A DNA stretch of 64,000 bases from Armatimonadota bacterium. Its GTDB lineage: Bacteria > Armatimonadota > Hebobacteria > CAIYQO01. Under the pieces are notes generated by a model, which made no database searches, was not told the origin of the DNA, and worked only from the letters and a program-made list of their open reading frames with translations. Location of the stretch: contig JAGUZN010000398.1 in assembly GCA_020060775.1 (NCBI GenBank), positions 2,467 to 66,466 of the forward strand, written 5' to 3'. The position numbers and the translations under genes were made by a program. This document shows, in pieces, positions 45,860 to 55,800 of the stretch. Position 1 is the first letter of the stretch; each line of letters opens with the position of its first letter.

Positions 45860-48325
45860 TTATTCGACATATAGAGCAGAGGCATGTATGTCATGCGGCG
45901 AAGCCAGATCAAGCGCTTGTTTATTATACCAAGCAGATACGATCGGAGCCTCCGGGTAGGGCATGATGCATGGCGTCAACGATGCAGGCCCACGCAGCTC
46001 CAGGAGCAGCCCTTGATCGCCTCGCCGCCACTGTACATGAATCGGACCCGCGGGTGTCGGCACCTCGCCAGCTGCCTCGAAAAAGCGGTCGGGATAGGGG
46101 CTGACGCGGAAACGTGAGAAGCCGGGGTCAAGTGGGCGTATGCCAAGCACCCAGGCTTTGTAATAGTAGACCGGCAAGGCGCTCCAACCGTGGCAGAGGC
46201 TGCCGGCGCCGGCGCCGAAGTCGCTGGCGCCGCGTACCGTCTCCCAGAAACTGGTCGCACCGGCGAGCACCATCGGTTCCCAGTAGCGGGCGATATCCCG
46301 CGCCATGACGGCGCGCAGTTGCGGCCCCATCTGTTCAAAGGCCAGCGCCTGGTAGAGCAAGGTGTAAAGGGTGATCGGCCATAGTTGCCTTCCGAGCAAA
46401 GTATCAACCTGGTCTAGGATTTTGTCGGCAGGCACCAGATGTTCATTCAGTGCGAGGATCTGGATATACTCCGCATAATGGTACGGGCGGCCGTTATCCC
46501 AGTACGAAGCCAATATCCCTTCATCTTCGTCCCAGAAGGTGGCCATGATCGCCTTGCCGAGTGCAGTACGTTGTTGTCGCACGACCGCTGCCCGCCCGGG
46601 CTCTTCCATCATTTCCAGCAGCCAGGCGTACTTGCCGAGTGTCTCGTGGAAGAGTAGATTGTAGGCAGCATCCCGCCGCGTTCCGTACGTGATGTCGGGA
46701 CATTCGCCTGCCAGCCCATCCATCCAGTCGTACAGGTACCACATCCCCTCTCCCTCCGGGGGAAGATAGAGTTCAGTTCCGCGATCAAAACGTGCGGAGT
46801 ACGAATCCAGCATGGCCTGCATTTGTACGAGGTAGTGGTTAACCAGGATAGCATCGCCGCTGAAGAGGTAATGCTCGGCCAGGGCGGTGATCCACTGCAG
46901 GCTATACGTGGGAATATTCACCGGCACGCGCGCCGGCGCACACAACTCGAGGAGGTAATCATCGCGCAGGCTGCGACCCAGCAGGTCATATGACGTTGCT
47001 GCGAAATCGTAGTTGCCAAACGCATAGTAACCATACAGCGCCTGATTGCGCCCATCGCCGGCATAGAGCGCCTGCTCACGCCACGGGCAATCTTCGTAAT
47101 GCTCGTGCATGCACAGACGCAGTGTGCGCTCACCCACGGCATATACGCGATTGGCCAGCGAATCATTAGATAAGAACGGCGCCACAGCAGATGCAGGATA
47201 ATGTACGGGCTTCAAGCCGATGTAGCGAATGGTGACCGGTTGTGAAAAATTGGATATATGCACCTGCAAGTAGCGCGCACCCAGGCGACGGAAGGGCATG
47301 GTATACCGATTTCGCCCATCTGCGCAAATAAAGCAGTCGGCGAAATTGCGGCCTTCGATCACCATACGGACCCGCCCGTCATCGAGGTGTTCACCGTGAG
47401 CGATTTCAAGTATGGTTCCGGCGGGCGCATCGATATCGAACGTCAGGAATCCGGTTTCCTCCTCGCCGAGATCAAGGAGAAGGAAGCGACCGGTGGCGCC
47501 TTCGTCCGGCGGCAGCAACTCAGCGGCGCGCGAATCAGCGGTGGTCAACGCATCACCAGGCTGGGGGATCATGTACTGGTATAACGGTGACGCTTCCTGC
47601 TGAAACGCAAAGACTTCCCGTTGGCGTCGCGTAACCAGGGCATCCCGCGCCATGATCTCCGCCACGGCGCCGTCCTCGCCTGCGCGCAGAAAGTCACCCT
47701 GGCACACCAGCGTAACGGCGCGTTCCGGATGCACCGTACAGGGTGGAAGCGGGCGTGGCAGCACCTCGCGCCAATAGCCGTCTACTGGCCCAGCGATCAC
47801 ACGCGCGGGTGGCCAGCCGGTATCATCATAGGCACGGGTGATCCAGGCATCGTCCTGTCGCGCATCATATTCGATCGTATACGCCAGTTGCACAGTGACC
47901 ACGGGCATGTCACCACTGCGATAAGCCGGTGAGCGGCGCGCACGCCAGCTATGATCGCTGACAACCGACTGTCCGTCGATGTGCAAGGCGACGAGCAGCC
48001 CGGGTTGGCCGGCCTGGTAGGTGCTGAAATCGCGCCCACGGTAGTACGCCAGCACGGCGACGACATTCTCGCCGGTGCGCAGCGCACGGGTGATATTCAC
48101 TTCGGTATAGGTTTTGCGTTCAGCGAAATCGCTGAACTGTCCCTGGCTCAACGCAGAACCGTTGACATACAGGACATAATCCGAATCTACGCTGATGTAG
48201 CACACCGCCTGGCTTGGCTTACGATCAAGCGTGATCGTTTTCCGAAAGCAGGCATACTGGTTCGGTAGCGCTGCCGTGTCATCCGTCCAAATCCATTTGG
48301 CTTTCTCGAACATCTCACGATCCAC
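45860..48325 (-). CDS. Alpha-L-rhamnosidase (GH78)
   Basis: Bacterial GH78 N-terminal block AKWIWTDDT...YACFRKTITL...YISVDSDYVLYVNG. Length about 820 aa. Confidence 0.75.
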   Translation of the reverse strand: MDREMFEKAKWIWTDDTAALPNQYACFRKTITLDRKPSQAVCYISVDSDYVLYVNGSALSQGQFSDFAERKTYTEVNITRALRTGENVVAVLAYYRGRDFSTYQAGQPGLLVALHIDGQSVVSDHSWRARRSPAYRSGDMPVVTVQLAYTIEYDARQDDAWITRAYDDTGWPPARVIAGPVDGYWREVLPRPLPPCTVHPERAVTLVCQGDFLRAGEDGAVAEIMARDALVTRRQREVFAFQQEASPLYQYMIPQPGDALTTADSRAAELLPPDEGATGRFLLLDLGEEETGFLTFDIDAPAGTILEIAHGEHLDDGRVRMVIEGRNFADCFICADGRNRYTMPFRRLGARYLQVHISNFSQPVTIRYIGLKPVHYPASAVAPFLSNDSLANRVYAVGERTLRLCMHEHYEDCPWREQALYAGDGRNQALYGYYAFGNYDFAATSYDLLGRSLRDDYLLELCAPARVPVNIPTYSLQWITALAEHYLFSGDAILVNHYLVQMQAMLDSYSARFDRGTELYLPPEGEGMWYLYDWMDGLAGECPDITYGTRRDAAYNLLFHETLGKYAWLLEMMEEPGRAAVVRQQRTALGKAIMATFWDEDEGILASYWDNGRPYHYAEYIQILALNEHLVPADKILDQVDTLLGRQLWPITLYTLLYQALAFEQMGPQLRAVMARDIARYWEPMVLAGATSFWETVRGASDFGAGAGSLCHGWSALPVYYYKAWVLGIRPLDPGFSRFRVSPYPDRFFEAAGEVPTPAGPIHVQWRRGDQGLLLELRGPASLTPCIMPYPEAPIVSAWYNKQALDLASPHDIHASALYVE

Positions 48326-48364
48326 CAGAGTGATCCCTTTCTACGACATACGTTGCTTCACTGA

Positions 48365-51300
48365 TTACTGGGTGCGTTCGCGGATGACCCAGCCATCCTT
48401 GACCTTTTCCAGCAGCATGTTGACCTGTCCCCAGGCGGGGAAATCAAGCACCATCTGCAGGGTCACCTGATTCGGCTTCCCTTCCACCGGCTTGATCGCA
48501 AGATCATGGTAGCGAATGCCGAGAAACTCCCCATAGCGGAAGAATTGCTCGTACATGGCGAGTGCGCCCGCCTTGCTGCCGCCAACGCCTTTATACAAAT
48601 CGTGGTGCAACAGGCCCATCTGTGCCAGCGATTTGTCGCCGATGGCGCGGTCGAAGAGTTCAACCAGGCGTTCGGGGCTGTTCGCCATTTCCGGGGCATG
48701 CGTATCCGTCCGCTTTGGCTGGTGTTCTGTAAACTGCGTCGCATTGCTGATCGGTTTAGCCGTGGCATCGATCAAGCGCACATCCGCCCCCGTGGCGAGC
48801 AGAAGGTAGCGTCCATCCCCACTGAGCACGATCTCATTCATCGAGGGCTGTACTCGCCAACATCCATCATGCCGCCAGCGCAGCTTACCGGTCAGATCGA
48901 ACACCTCCACCACATCACGGTAGCGCCACATGGTGCGCGGAGCATAGTTAAAAAGTTCACGCGCCACCACCACGCCGCCGCCCTGCGGGAGGAAGCGGAC
49001 ATCCGTCACATAGGATGACTTGTCGATGCTCTCCCATAACTTCTCACCACTGGCGGAGAGGAGGTGGAACACGCCGTCACAGGTGCCGGCGGCGACATAC
49101 TTGCCGTCAGGTGAGACATCGACGGTGCGCACGTTGCGCCCGACGTACGGTTTCGCGATGACCTTGTTTTCGCCGTCCAGAATGTGCACGAGGTTATTGG
49201 CGGCCACCCACAGCGACCCATCGGATGTCGCAGCGCAATCCGCCTGCGGCCACCCTGACGCGCCAATAGCAAGGCGTTTGCCTTCGGGGGAAACGCGGAA
49301 CGTTTGCACATGGCTCTGCACGATGGCCCCGCCATCGGCCAGCGGCGCCAGTCGTAAGGCGTAGAACCCGGCGGGGAATTCCCAGAGTTTGTTACCATCG
49401 GGCGACAGGCGAGTCAACTTGCCGCTCCATTCGCAGATGCCGACCCCCTGATCGGAGAAGGTTTCCATACCAAAGATCGTGCGGCCGAACTTATAACGCC
49501 AGAGCTCTTTACCCTCAAGGTCGTAGCAAAGCACATGGGAGTCTTCATACCCCACCCCTTTGACCGTACCGAGGTTGGCGGTGACATATAGGCGCGATGC
49601 ATCGGGGGAGAAGCGGACGTAGAAGACGCGACCAGGGTAATTCTGCTCCCAGAGCAAACGTCCCTGGGCATCAAGGAGGCGGGCCGCGTTCTGCACGCCG
49701 ACGGCAATCATCCGAGCGTCGGCGGTCATATCGATCGCATGCGGCATGGTTCCCAGCGGTAATGACCACTTGCCGGGCGTCATCGATGCCGAAGGCACGC
49801 CAGCGACAATCGCCTGGCCCTTAGCCGTGAAGCAGTAGGAGATGCCTTCGCCACAGGGCTGCACCGGCGCGCAGACGAAGATATCATCCGGCTTTGGCAC
49901 ATCAGGTAGGGTCGTGGTGAACTGCCGCGGGCTCTTCGGCGAGAGGGCACGCTGCAGACGCACGCTGCCGTCCGCTGCGATTTGTCGCACCATCACTGCC
50001 CGTGCCAGCGCATCAGTCGTGATGGTGAGCTGTTTTCCTTTTACGTTAATGGATACGCCGGCCTGCTCGACGTCATGAAGGACAGCTTCAAGTACCGGGG
50101 CATCTGGCTGGGGATCGCGCAACACGGTGACGGCAGGAGCTGATGGGCCATTCACCTGCAGATCGTAATACAGCTCGATGCTGCGCCGCTGACCCGCCGG
50201 GATCGGGGTGGCCGTCTGCACGCCCAGGCGGGAGTTGCCAGTAAGGGCGATGCGCCGAACGCGCCATTGGACCTGCTTGCCTTCTTTACCGGGGAGGAGC
50301 ACCGTCTGTAAGCGGACACCCCAGCTGCCGGTGAAGGATTTGTCGGGGAAGCGCTTTGAAAAGATCTCTTCGATGTTGACGTAGAAGCGTTGCCAACCGT
50401 CATCCAATTGTTCGTGTACCCTTACCTCGTTCAGGCGAATGCTGCCGCCTTCGTCACGGCGTCCATCACCATCCCAGTCGAAGTCGGTAAGCACGGCGAT
50501 ATAGGCCGGGTATGGAAATTCAGAAAGGTCTGCTTCGATCACCAATGTCGACCATTGCGCGGGAATCCATGCCTCGCCATCCCAGGGATGTGCCTTGGGG
50601 AAGCTGAGGTAGAAGTAATGGAGATTCTTCGCATGCTGCCCTGACAGGGTGAGAATGCCCTGCTGGTGGGAGACGCTAGAGAGTTCTGTGGTAGGATGAG
50701 ACAACCCCTCGTCGTCCAGAAATGATTCATACTCTTTCACCCAGGGTAGTGAGAACGGAATAGGGGTCGCTTTGCCGTTCACTACTTCGACGGCTCGCAG
50801 CGAACGTTCATCAATGAACCGGTCGCCCGGGAGTTTCACCGGCACGGCGCACTGCTGGACGGCCTGCCCGGTGGTATTCGTCACGACGATGCGCTGGCGG
50901 AAGGCGCACTCCGGCACATGCCAGGCGCTGCGCGGTTGCCGTTGGGCCTCGCTGAGCGCCGTGACGCGAGCATCATCCGCAGGGGTGAAGGTAGGCACGA
51001 CCTGCTGCCAGGCCTGACGCAGTCGTTCGCCATCAGCGGGATCGCCGACGAGCAGCACAGCGGCGGAGTGCAACTGGGGCAGTACGAACTCGTACTGCGT
51101 GCCTCCCACACAGCGTATAGGCAATTCCTCGACACCCGCGAATTGGTCCACGAGGAAGAGGGACTTCGTCGTGATGAACTCGGGGAGATCTACACGGACC
51201 GTCTGGTTATAGAGCACCTGCTGGGTGAATACAGGCCGCGCTTGCTTGTACACGTCATGCGGGGAACGGTGATCGACCAGGATTACGAGCGCGCGGTCGG

Positions 51301-52792
51301 TGCCGCTGACCAACGTATTGACCTCGATGCCGGCCGTGTTGATCTTACACTTCAGCGGGCAACTGACGGCAATGTAGGACTTGAGCACCTGCAGCAAACC
51401 GGAGACGCGCCCTACGCGATCCCACTCGACAGGATTGGCCACCGCGCCCGGCATATAGAAATCCTGGAACCCGCGCTCCGCATCGTGACCACCGCCACGG
51501 GCATAACCCTGCTCCCACAGATTGAAGTAGGTAAACCACTGGATGTTCTTCGCGCCATGGGCCACCCCCTCGAGCGCTTCATGCAATTGTACTTCCAGCG
51601 GATACCACCACTCATCTCTGCCGATGCCTTCCTTACGGCCCCACGCGGTTTGCGGCAAGTACCAGATCGGTTTGGGCCAGGTGAGGAAGAGCGAAAGATC
51701 TTGCTCCAGGTTACCGTGGTGCGTCATATGGATATCGGCCATATCAGCGTAGATCATGTTCTCTACATAGCCGGTGTACTGCACCATGATCGGCGTATCC
51801 GCTTTCTTCTTCCAGGCGTCGACAATGCGGTCGCGTACAGACATGGTAGGCACGCGGCCGCCAATGGGCTCGTCCTGAAAATTCCGAAAGCCGGGGATAT
51901 CGAGGTCGATATTATGGCGCTTGATATCATCATTGTCGGCCTCATGGCCATAACCCCACAAGGTCACGCCGAAGCGTGCAGGGAACGCACGCAGGCTGCC
52001 GATGGTGTGTTGCCCACTCCGTGCGGACATTTGGAATACGAGTTCCTGCCCTGGTTTGGCCGTAAAGGGCAGCGTGATAGTGATGGGCGCCACGTCCCCC
52101 GGCATCAGCGTGGTTTTCGGCAGTACCGCTTTCACCGGTTGCCCATTCACCAGCACGCCGCCGTCATCGGCCAGCGTGATTGCGCCTTTGCCGCCATTCG
52201 CCGCATAGATGATGGCGCGAGACAGATCATCCGAAAAACCGATAAAGGGCATCCACAGCGTCGACGCCTCCATTGGCACCGTGTAGGAGAGCGTTTGCCC
52301 GTCCTGCGTGGTGAGGTCGACTTTGACCGGCTTATCGCCAAGCGGTGCGAGGTCGGCAAAACGGATGCCAAACGACGCGACTTCTCCGGGCGGAATGGGA
52401 TTCGGCCACAGAATCCACCATTGGGTGTCAGGCACGTAACGCGCGATGGGGACTTTGGGGAAGTTCTCGAAAGCCACGCCGTTGACGGCAACATTCTTGA
52501 CCTCAATGGGATGTGCGCTGGTATTGCGCAGGTAGATGCGGATGCGCCCACCGGCGTCAGCGCGCTGCTCCCAGATGAGTTGCGTTGTCTTCGCGCCATA
52601 GAAATCGCCTTCGCGTATCAAGCGCGACCCGATCATGACTAATGATCCTTGCTGGGCATCTGCTGGAACGGCCAGCATCACCCAACTGCACACGACCACT
52701 AGCAGGAGCAACTGCACTCGCATCGGCATCATCCTCTTGAGATGGGTTGTATCAAAATTACTGGATAGATCTTTCATCCTCTTAGAAGCCAA
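48365..52792 (-). CDS. Giant secreted protein (1475 aa): signal peptide, TIM-barrel GH-like central region, beta-propeller-like repeats, NTF2-like C-terminal domain
   Basis: TTG start; the signal peptide begins at MPMRVQLLLLVVVCSWVMLAVPADA. Repeated D/G-rich blade-like segments and a C-terminal NTF2/SnoaL-like segment. Confidence 0.55.
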   Translation of the reverse strand: MASKRMKDLSSNFDTTHLKRMMPMRVQLLLLVVVCSWVMLAVPADAQQGSLVMIGSRLIREGDFYGAKTTQLIWEQRADAGGRIRIYLRNTSAHPIEVKNVAVNGVAFENFPKVPIARYVPDTQWWILWPNPIPPGEVASFGIRFADLAPLGDKPVKVDLTTQDGQTLSYTVPMEASTLWMPFIGFSDDLSRAIIYAANGGKGAITLADDGGVLVNGQPVKAVLPKTTLMPGDVAPITITLPFTAKPGQELVFQMSARSGQHTIGSLRAFPARFGVTLWGYGHEADNDDIKRHNIDLDIPGFRNFQDEPIGGRVPTMSVRDRIVDAWKKKADTPIMVQYTGYVENMIYADMADIHMTHHGNLEQDLSLFLTWPKPIWYLPQTAWGRKEGIGRDEWWYPLEVQLHEALEGVAHGAKNIQWFTYFNLWEQGYARGGGHDAERGFQDFYMPGAVANPVEWDRVGRVSGLLQVLKSYIAVSCPLKCKINTAGIEVNTLVSGTDRALVILVDHRSPHDVYKQARPVFTQQVLYNQTVRVDLPEFITTKSLFLVDQFAGVEELPIRCVGGTQYEFVLPQLHSAAVLLVGDPADGERLRQAWQQVVPTFTPADDARVTALSEAQRQPRSAWHVPECAFRQRIVVTNTTGQAVQQCAVPVKLPGDRFIDERSLRAVEVVNGKATPIPFSLPWVKEYESFLDDEGLSHPTTELSSVSHQQGILTLSGQHAKNLHYFYLSFPKAHPWDGEAWIPAQWSTLVIEADLSEFPYPAYIAVLTDFDWDGDGRRDEGGSIRLNEVRVHEQLDDGWQRFYVNIEEIFSKRFPDKSFTGSWGVRLQTVLLPGKEGKQVQWRVRRIALTGNSRLGVQTATPIPAGQRRSIELYYDLQVNGPSAPAVTVLRDPQPDAPVLEAVLHDVEQAGVSINVKGKQLTITTDALARAVMVRQIAADGSVRLQRALSPKSPRQFTTTLPDVPKPDDIFVCAPVQPCGEGISYCFTAKGQAIVAGVPSASMTPGKWSLPLGTMPHAIDMTADARMIAVGVQNAARLLDAQGRLLWEQNYPGRVFYVRFSPDASRLYVTANLGTVKGVGYEDSHVLCYDLEGKELWRYKFGRTIFGMETFSDQGVGICEWSGKLTRLSPDGNKLWEFPAGFYALRLAPLADGGAIVQSHVQTFRVSPEGKRLAIGASGWPQADCAATSDGSLWVAANNLVHILDGENKVIAKPYVGRNVRTVDVSPDGKYVAAGTCDGVFHLLSASGEKLWESIDKSSYVTDVRFLPQGGGVVVARELFNYAPRTMWRYRDVVEVFDLTGKLRWRHDGCWRVQPSMNEIVLSGDGRYLLLATGADVRLIDATAKPISNATQFTEHQPKRTDTHAPEMANSPERLVELFDRAIGDKSLAQMGLLHHDLYKGVGGSKAGALAMYEQFFRYGEFLGIRYHDLAIKPVEGKPNQVTLQMVLDFPAWGQVNMLLEKVKDGWVIRERTQ

Positions 52793-52825
52793 TCAGGGGT
52801 GAAAATGTGAAATTCTCGCATGACC

Positions 52826-52853
52826 GAAGCCCGGGGAACACTCCCCGGGCTTC
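52826..52853 (-). terminator. 12-bp GC-rich hairpin (GAAGCCCGGGGA-ACAC-TCCCCGGGCTTC) between the 1710-aa and 1475-aa genes
   Basis: Perfect inverted repeat in an 85-nt intergenic gap. Confidence 0.4.
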
Positions 52854-52877
52854 CGATGGTTCGAGGTATGTCCGGAT

Positions 52878-55800
52878 CTATAGCGCGGAGATGGTATGCT
52901 TCCCCTGTGGCAAGACGATGGCTCGGTAGGCAGGCATGCCCTCAATGGGCATACTCGTGACGGCTTTGCCATTCACCCGTACTTGCTCTTGTTCCGCCGG
53001 AATCCACATGGTGCCGGCACCCTGCACACTCAGGCCATTCTTCGTGGATGACACGATGAGATCCGGCTTGAACCGCTTGCTTAGATGATCGACGACCTGA
53101 TCCAGATAGCGGTTGTTATCCGGCTGTACAAGGATCGGCGTCATCCCCTGGCGCGAGATGGTGCCGGACATCTCGAGAAAATATTGATGTGCGCTATTGT
53201 CGCAATGTGCGGTGTAGCGATTGTTCAGAAACTCCTCGGAGGCAAAGGCATATATTGCACCTTCCCCAACAGTCGTGCGTACTGCTAATGGTTTACCGTG
53301 CGCCGTCAGGATCGGTTCTGCCCACTCGGTGAACACGCCGGCATGATACCAGAGCTTTGCGACATCTTTCATACAACCCAATTTATCGACGAGCCAGTCC
53401 TGCGAAGGGGATTTCATGCTGCCCATGTGATAGACATACAGATCGTTCGAAAGATCGGCATGAACCCGTTCGGCTGACAGTGCGATGTGATACCGCGCCA
53501 ACAAGGCGTTAAGATGAAGGCAAGCCGCGGCATCCTGCGCTGGATAGGCCACGAGCAAAGTCCCACCCTGCATCAGCCAGTCGTGCAGCGCTGACACCTC
53601 CGCCGTCGTGAACGGCTTGCCGGCATCCATGCCGGGCAGCACCAGCAGATCGACATCGGCCAGTGCCTCGCGCGTCCACGGAGTTGTCAAGCTGTCACAA
53701 CGCACCTGGTGACGGCCGAAGGCGGTGAAGAGGCGCGAGTACCCATTCAGCATGTGGTCGGACCACGAACGTGCGGCAGGTGATCGGTGCTGTCCGCGGT
53801 CGCCGGGTTTGAGCAGTTGCGCTGTCGTCTTCGGCGAGTGCATGACATCCAGCGCCACCCTGGGCAATGATGCGGCGGGCAGTACGACATGGAAATCCTT
53901 GATCGGTTCCGCCCGGCGTGGTGCGAGGATGGGCGACGTCTGCTGGGCTTCGCCGGTAGGCGCCGGCGTCAGGGATCTATCCAGCCAGCTTTCGTAACGC
54001 TGCGCCAACGTTTCGGTATATAGCTTCACGAGTTGTGGATAATTCTCGAGGCGCACGTTCTCCGACGGACAGGTCACCTGTGCCGGGATGCAGGCGAGCC
54101 CCGCCTCCTCGGCCAGCGCGATCATGCCAGCGCGTGCGTCATACCAGACACGGCGATCCCAGCGCCCATCGTTGTCGAAATCGCAAAGGGCGGTGTCGAA
54201 GACTCCGGTGTTTGCCTGATCGAAGTAGGCCTCGTGAGGCGCGCTTACCGCGCGGGCGAAGTCCACATCATGAATCCATTGAGCAAAATCAAAGCCCAGT
54301 GCCCAATAGCAGTCCTTGCGCCATTGGTTCACGGCCACGTCATCGCGCATGCCGATACGCCATCCCCACTGTGCGCCGCGCAGGTGATTGAAGCCGGTCA
54401 GCGGGCTGCGATAGATATGCCAGTCGGTCATGCTGCCGATCTGCTGGTCGTAGCGGAGCCACGGGCGCTCATTCGGCTCGAATATCTGCATGGCCTCGGG
54501 ATTAAGATCGCCGTTGGGACTCCAGACGGCAGCAACACAATCCCATTTCGCCTGCAGTGACCAGTCCCAGGCGGAGACGCGCTCGGTGGATTTGCCATGC
54601 TTGTCGAGAGCCGGGTACGCTTTGCCATCCCAATCATGGGCAATATATTGGCCCATGGTATCGTACATATTGCCATGCGGGTCCTTGAAGACGCCGGGTT
54701 CGGGCGGATACTGCGGGCAACGTCGTATGCCCTCATGCGAGGTGAGAAAGACTTTGGGCGCGAGGTGCAGGTCGAAGCTGCGTCCGTGGTTGCCGGGCGG
54801 GAAAGGTGTGTTGGGGCGACCGCCGTTATCATTATCCATGTCGTAGACCATGCGATTACTCAAGTATCCATGGTGTTCCGTGCCCATGACGGCCGCCGGG
54901 CTCATCACATGCACCTCGGGCGCGGGGTCGCCATCCAGATTCAGGTCGGACTGCGGGTTATCGAACCAGTGCGGCTGCTTCCATGCGCCGTTCTCATCCT
55001 GATAGATGCGCGAGCACCAGGTCATGACCGCGGCCGGGCATTGGTAATGAGGTCCGGCCGTCGCAAAATAGGCGCCGGAGAGCGGATTGTATACCGGCCC
55101 GTTGATGACCCCGATGTCAGCATAATTGATATTCGGTCCGTAAGCGACCGGCCAGATGCCCTCCCAGTTGAGATCCCAGTCGCCGTCGCCATCGATATCG
55201 AGGGCTGTATACATATGGGGCATGCCGTACTGCTCAATCGCCTTGCGTTCCTCCTCCATGGCGGCAGCAAGCGATTGCTGATAGGTCACTTGCTGTCCAA
55301 ATCGTTGCTGGAAGCGATCGCGATCGTTCATGCCGCCGTAGAAGACGTCGCCGGTGACGAAGATGCCGTCTTGCGTCTGATCGTGGAGGACGATGGGAGC
55401 GATGCGCCCTTCATCAGATGCCAGATCGATCACGCCATCGTAAAAGAAGCCCTCATTGTCCAGGTAGATTTCACACTGCACCGCCCGTGTCGCCGGTGTT
55501 GCCGGAGTGAACTGGAAGATGCTCTGATAGGAGCCATCGGAATCGGTGTCAATATACCAGCGGTCGGCGATCAGATCGGGACCATTGGCATTGGCATCGT
55601 GACAGTAGAAGCTCTCGGGACAGCCGTCGCCGGTGAGGTCGGCGCGATAGACGTAGGTATCGGGCCGCAATGGCATCATCAGCTTGAGTTCGCTGCGCGC
55701 AACGACCAGCTTGCGCCCCTCATCGGGGTCGAGCATCGCGGCAAAGAGCGTGATCCCGCGTTGCCGTTGATGGTAGAGCATCGGATCATGCCACATATTA

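Noticed and set aside
50918-52642. 574-aa + strand ORF
   Set aside because: Antisense inside the 1475-aa gene. Arg/Gly/Asp-rich low-complexity translation.
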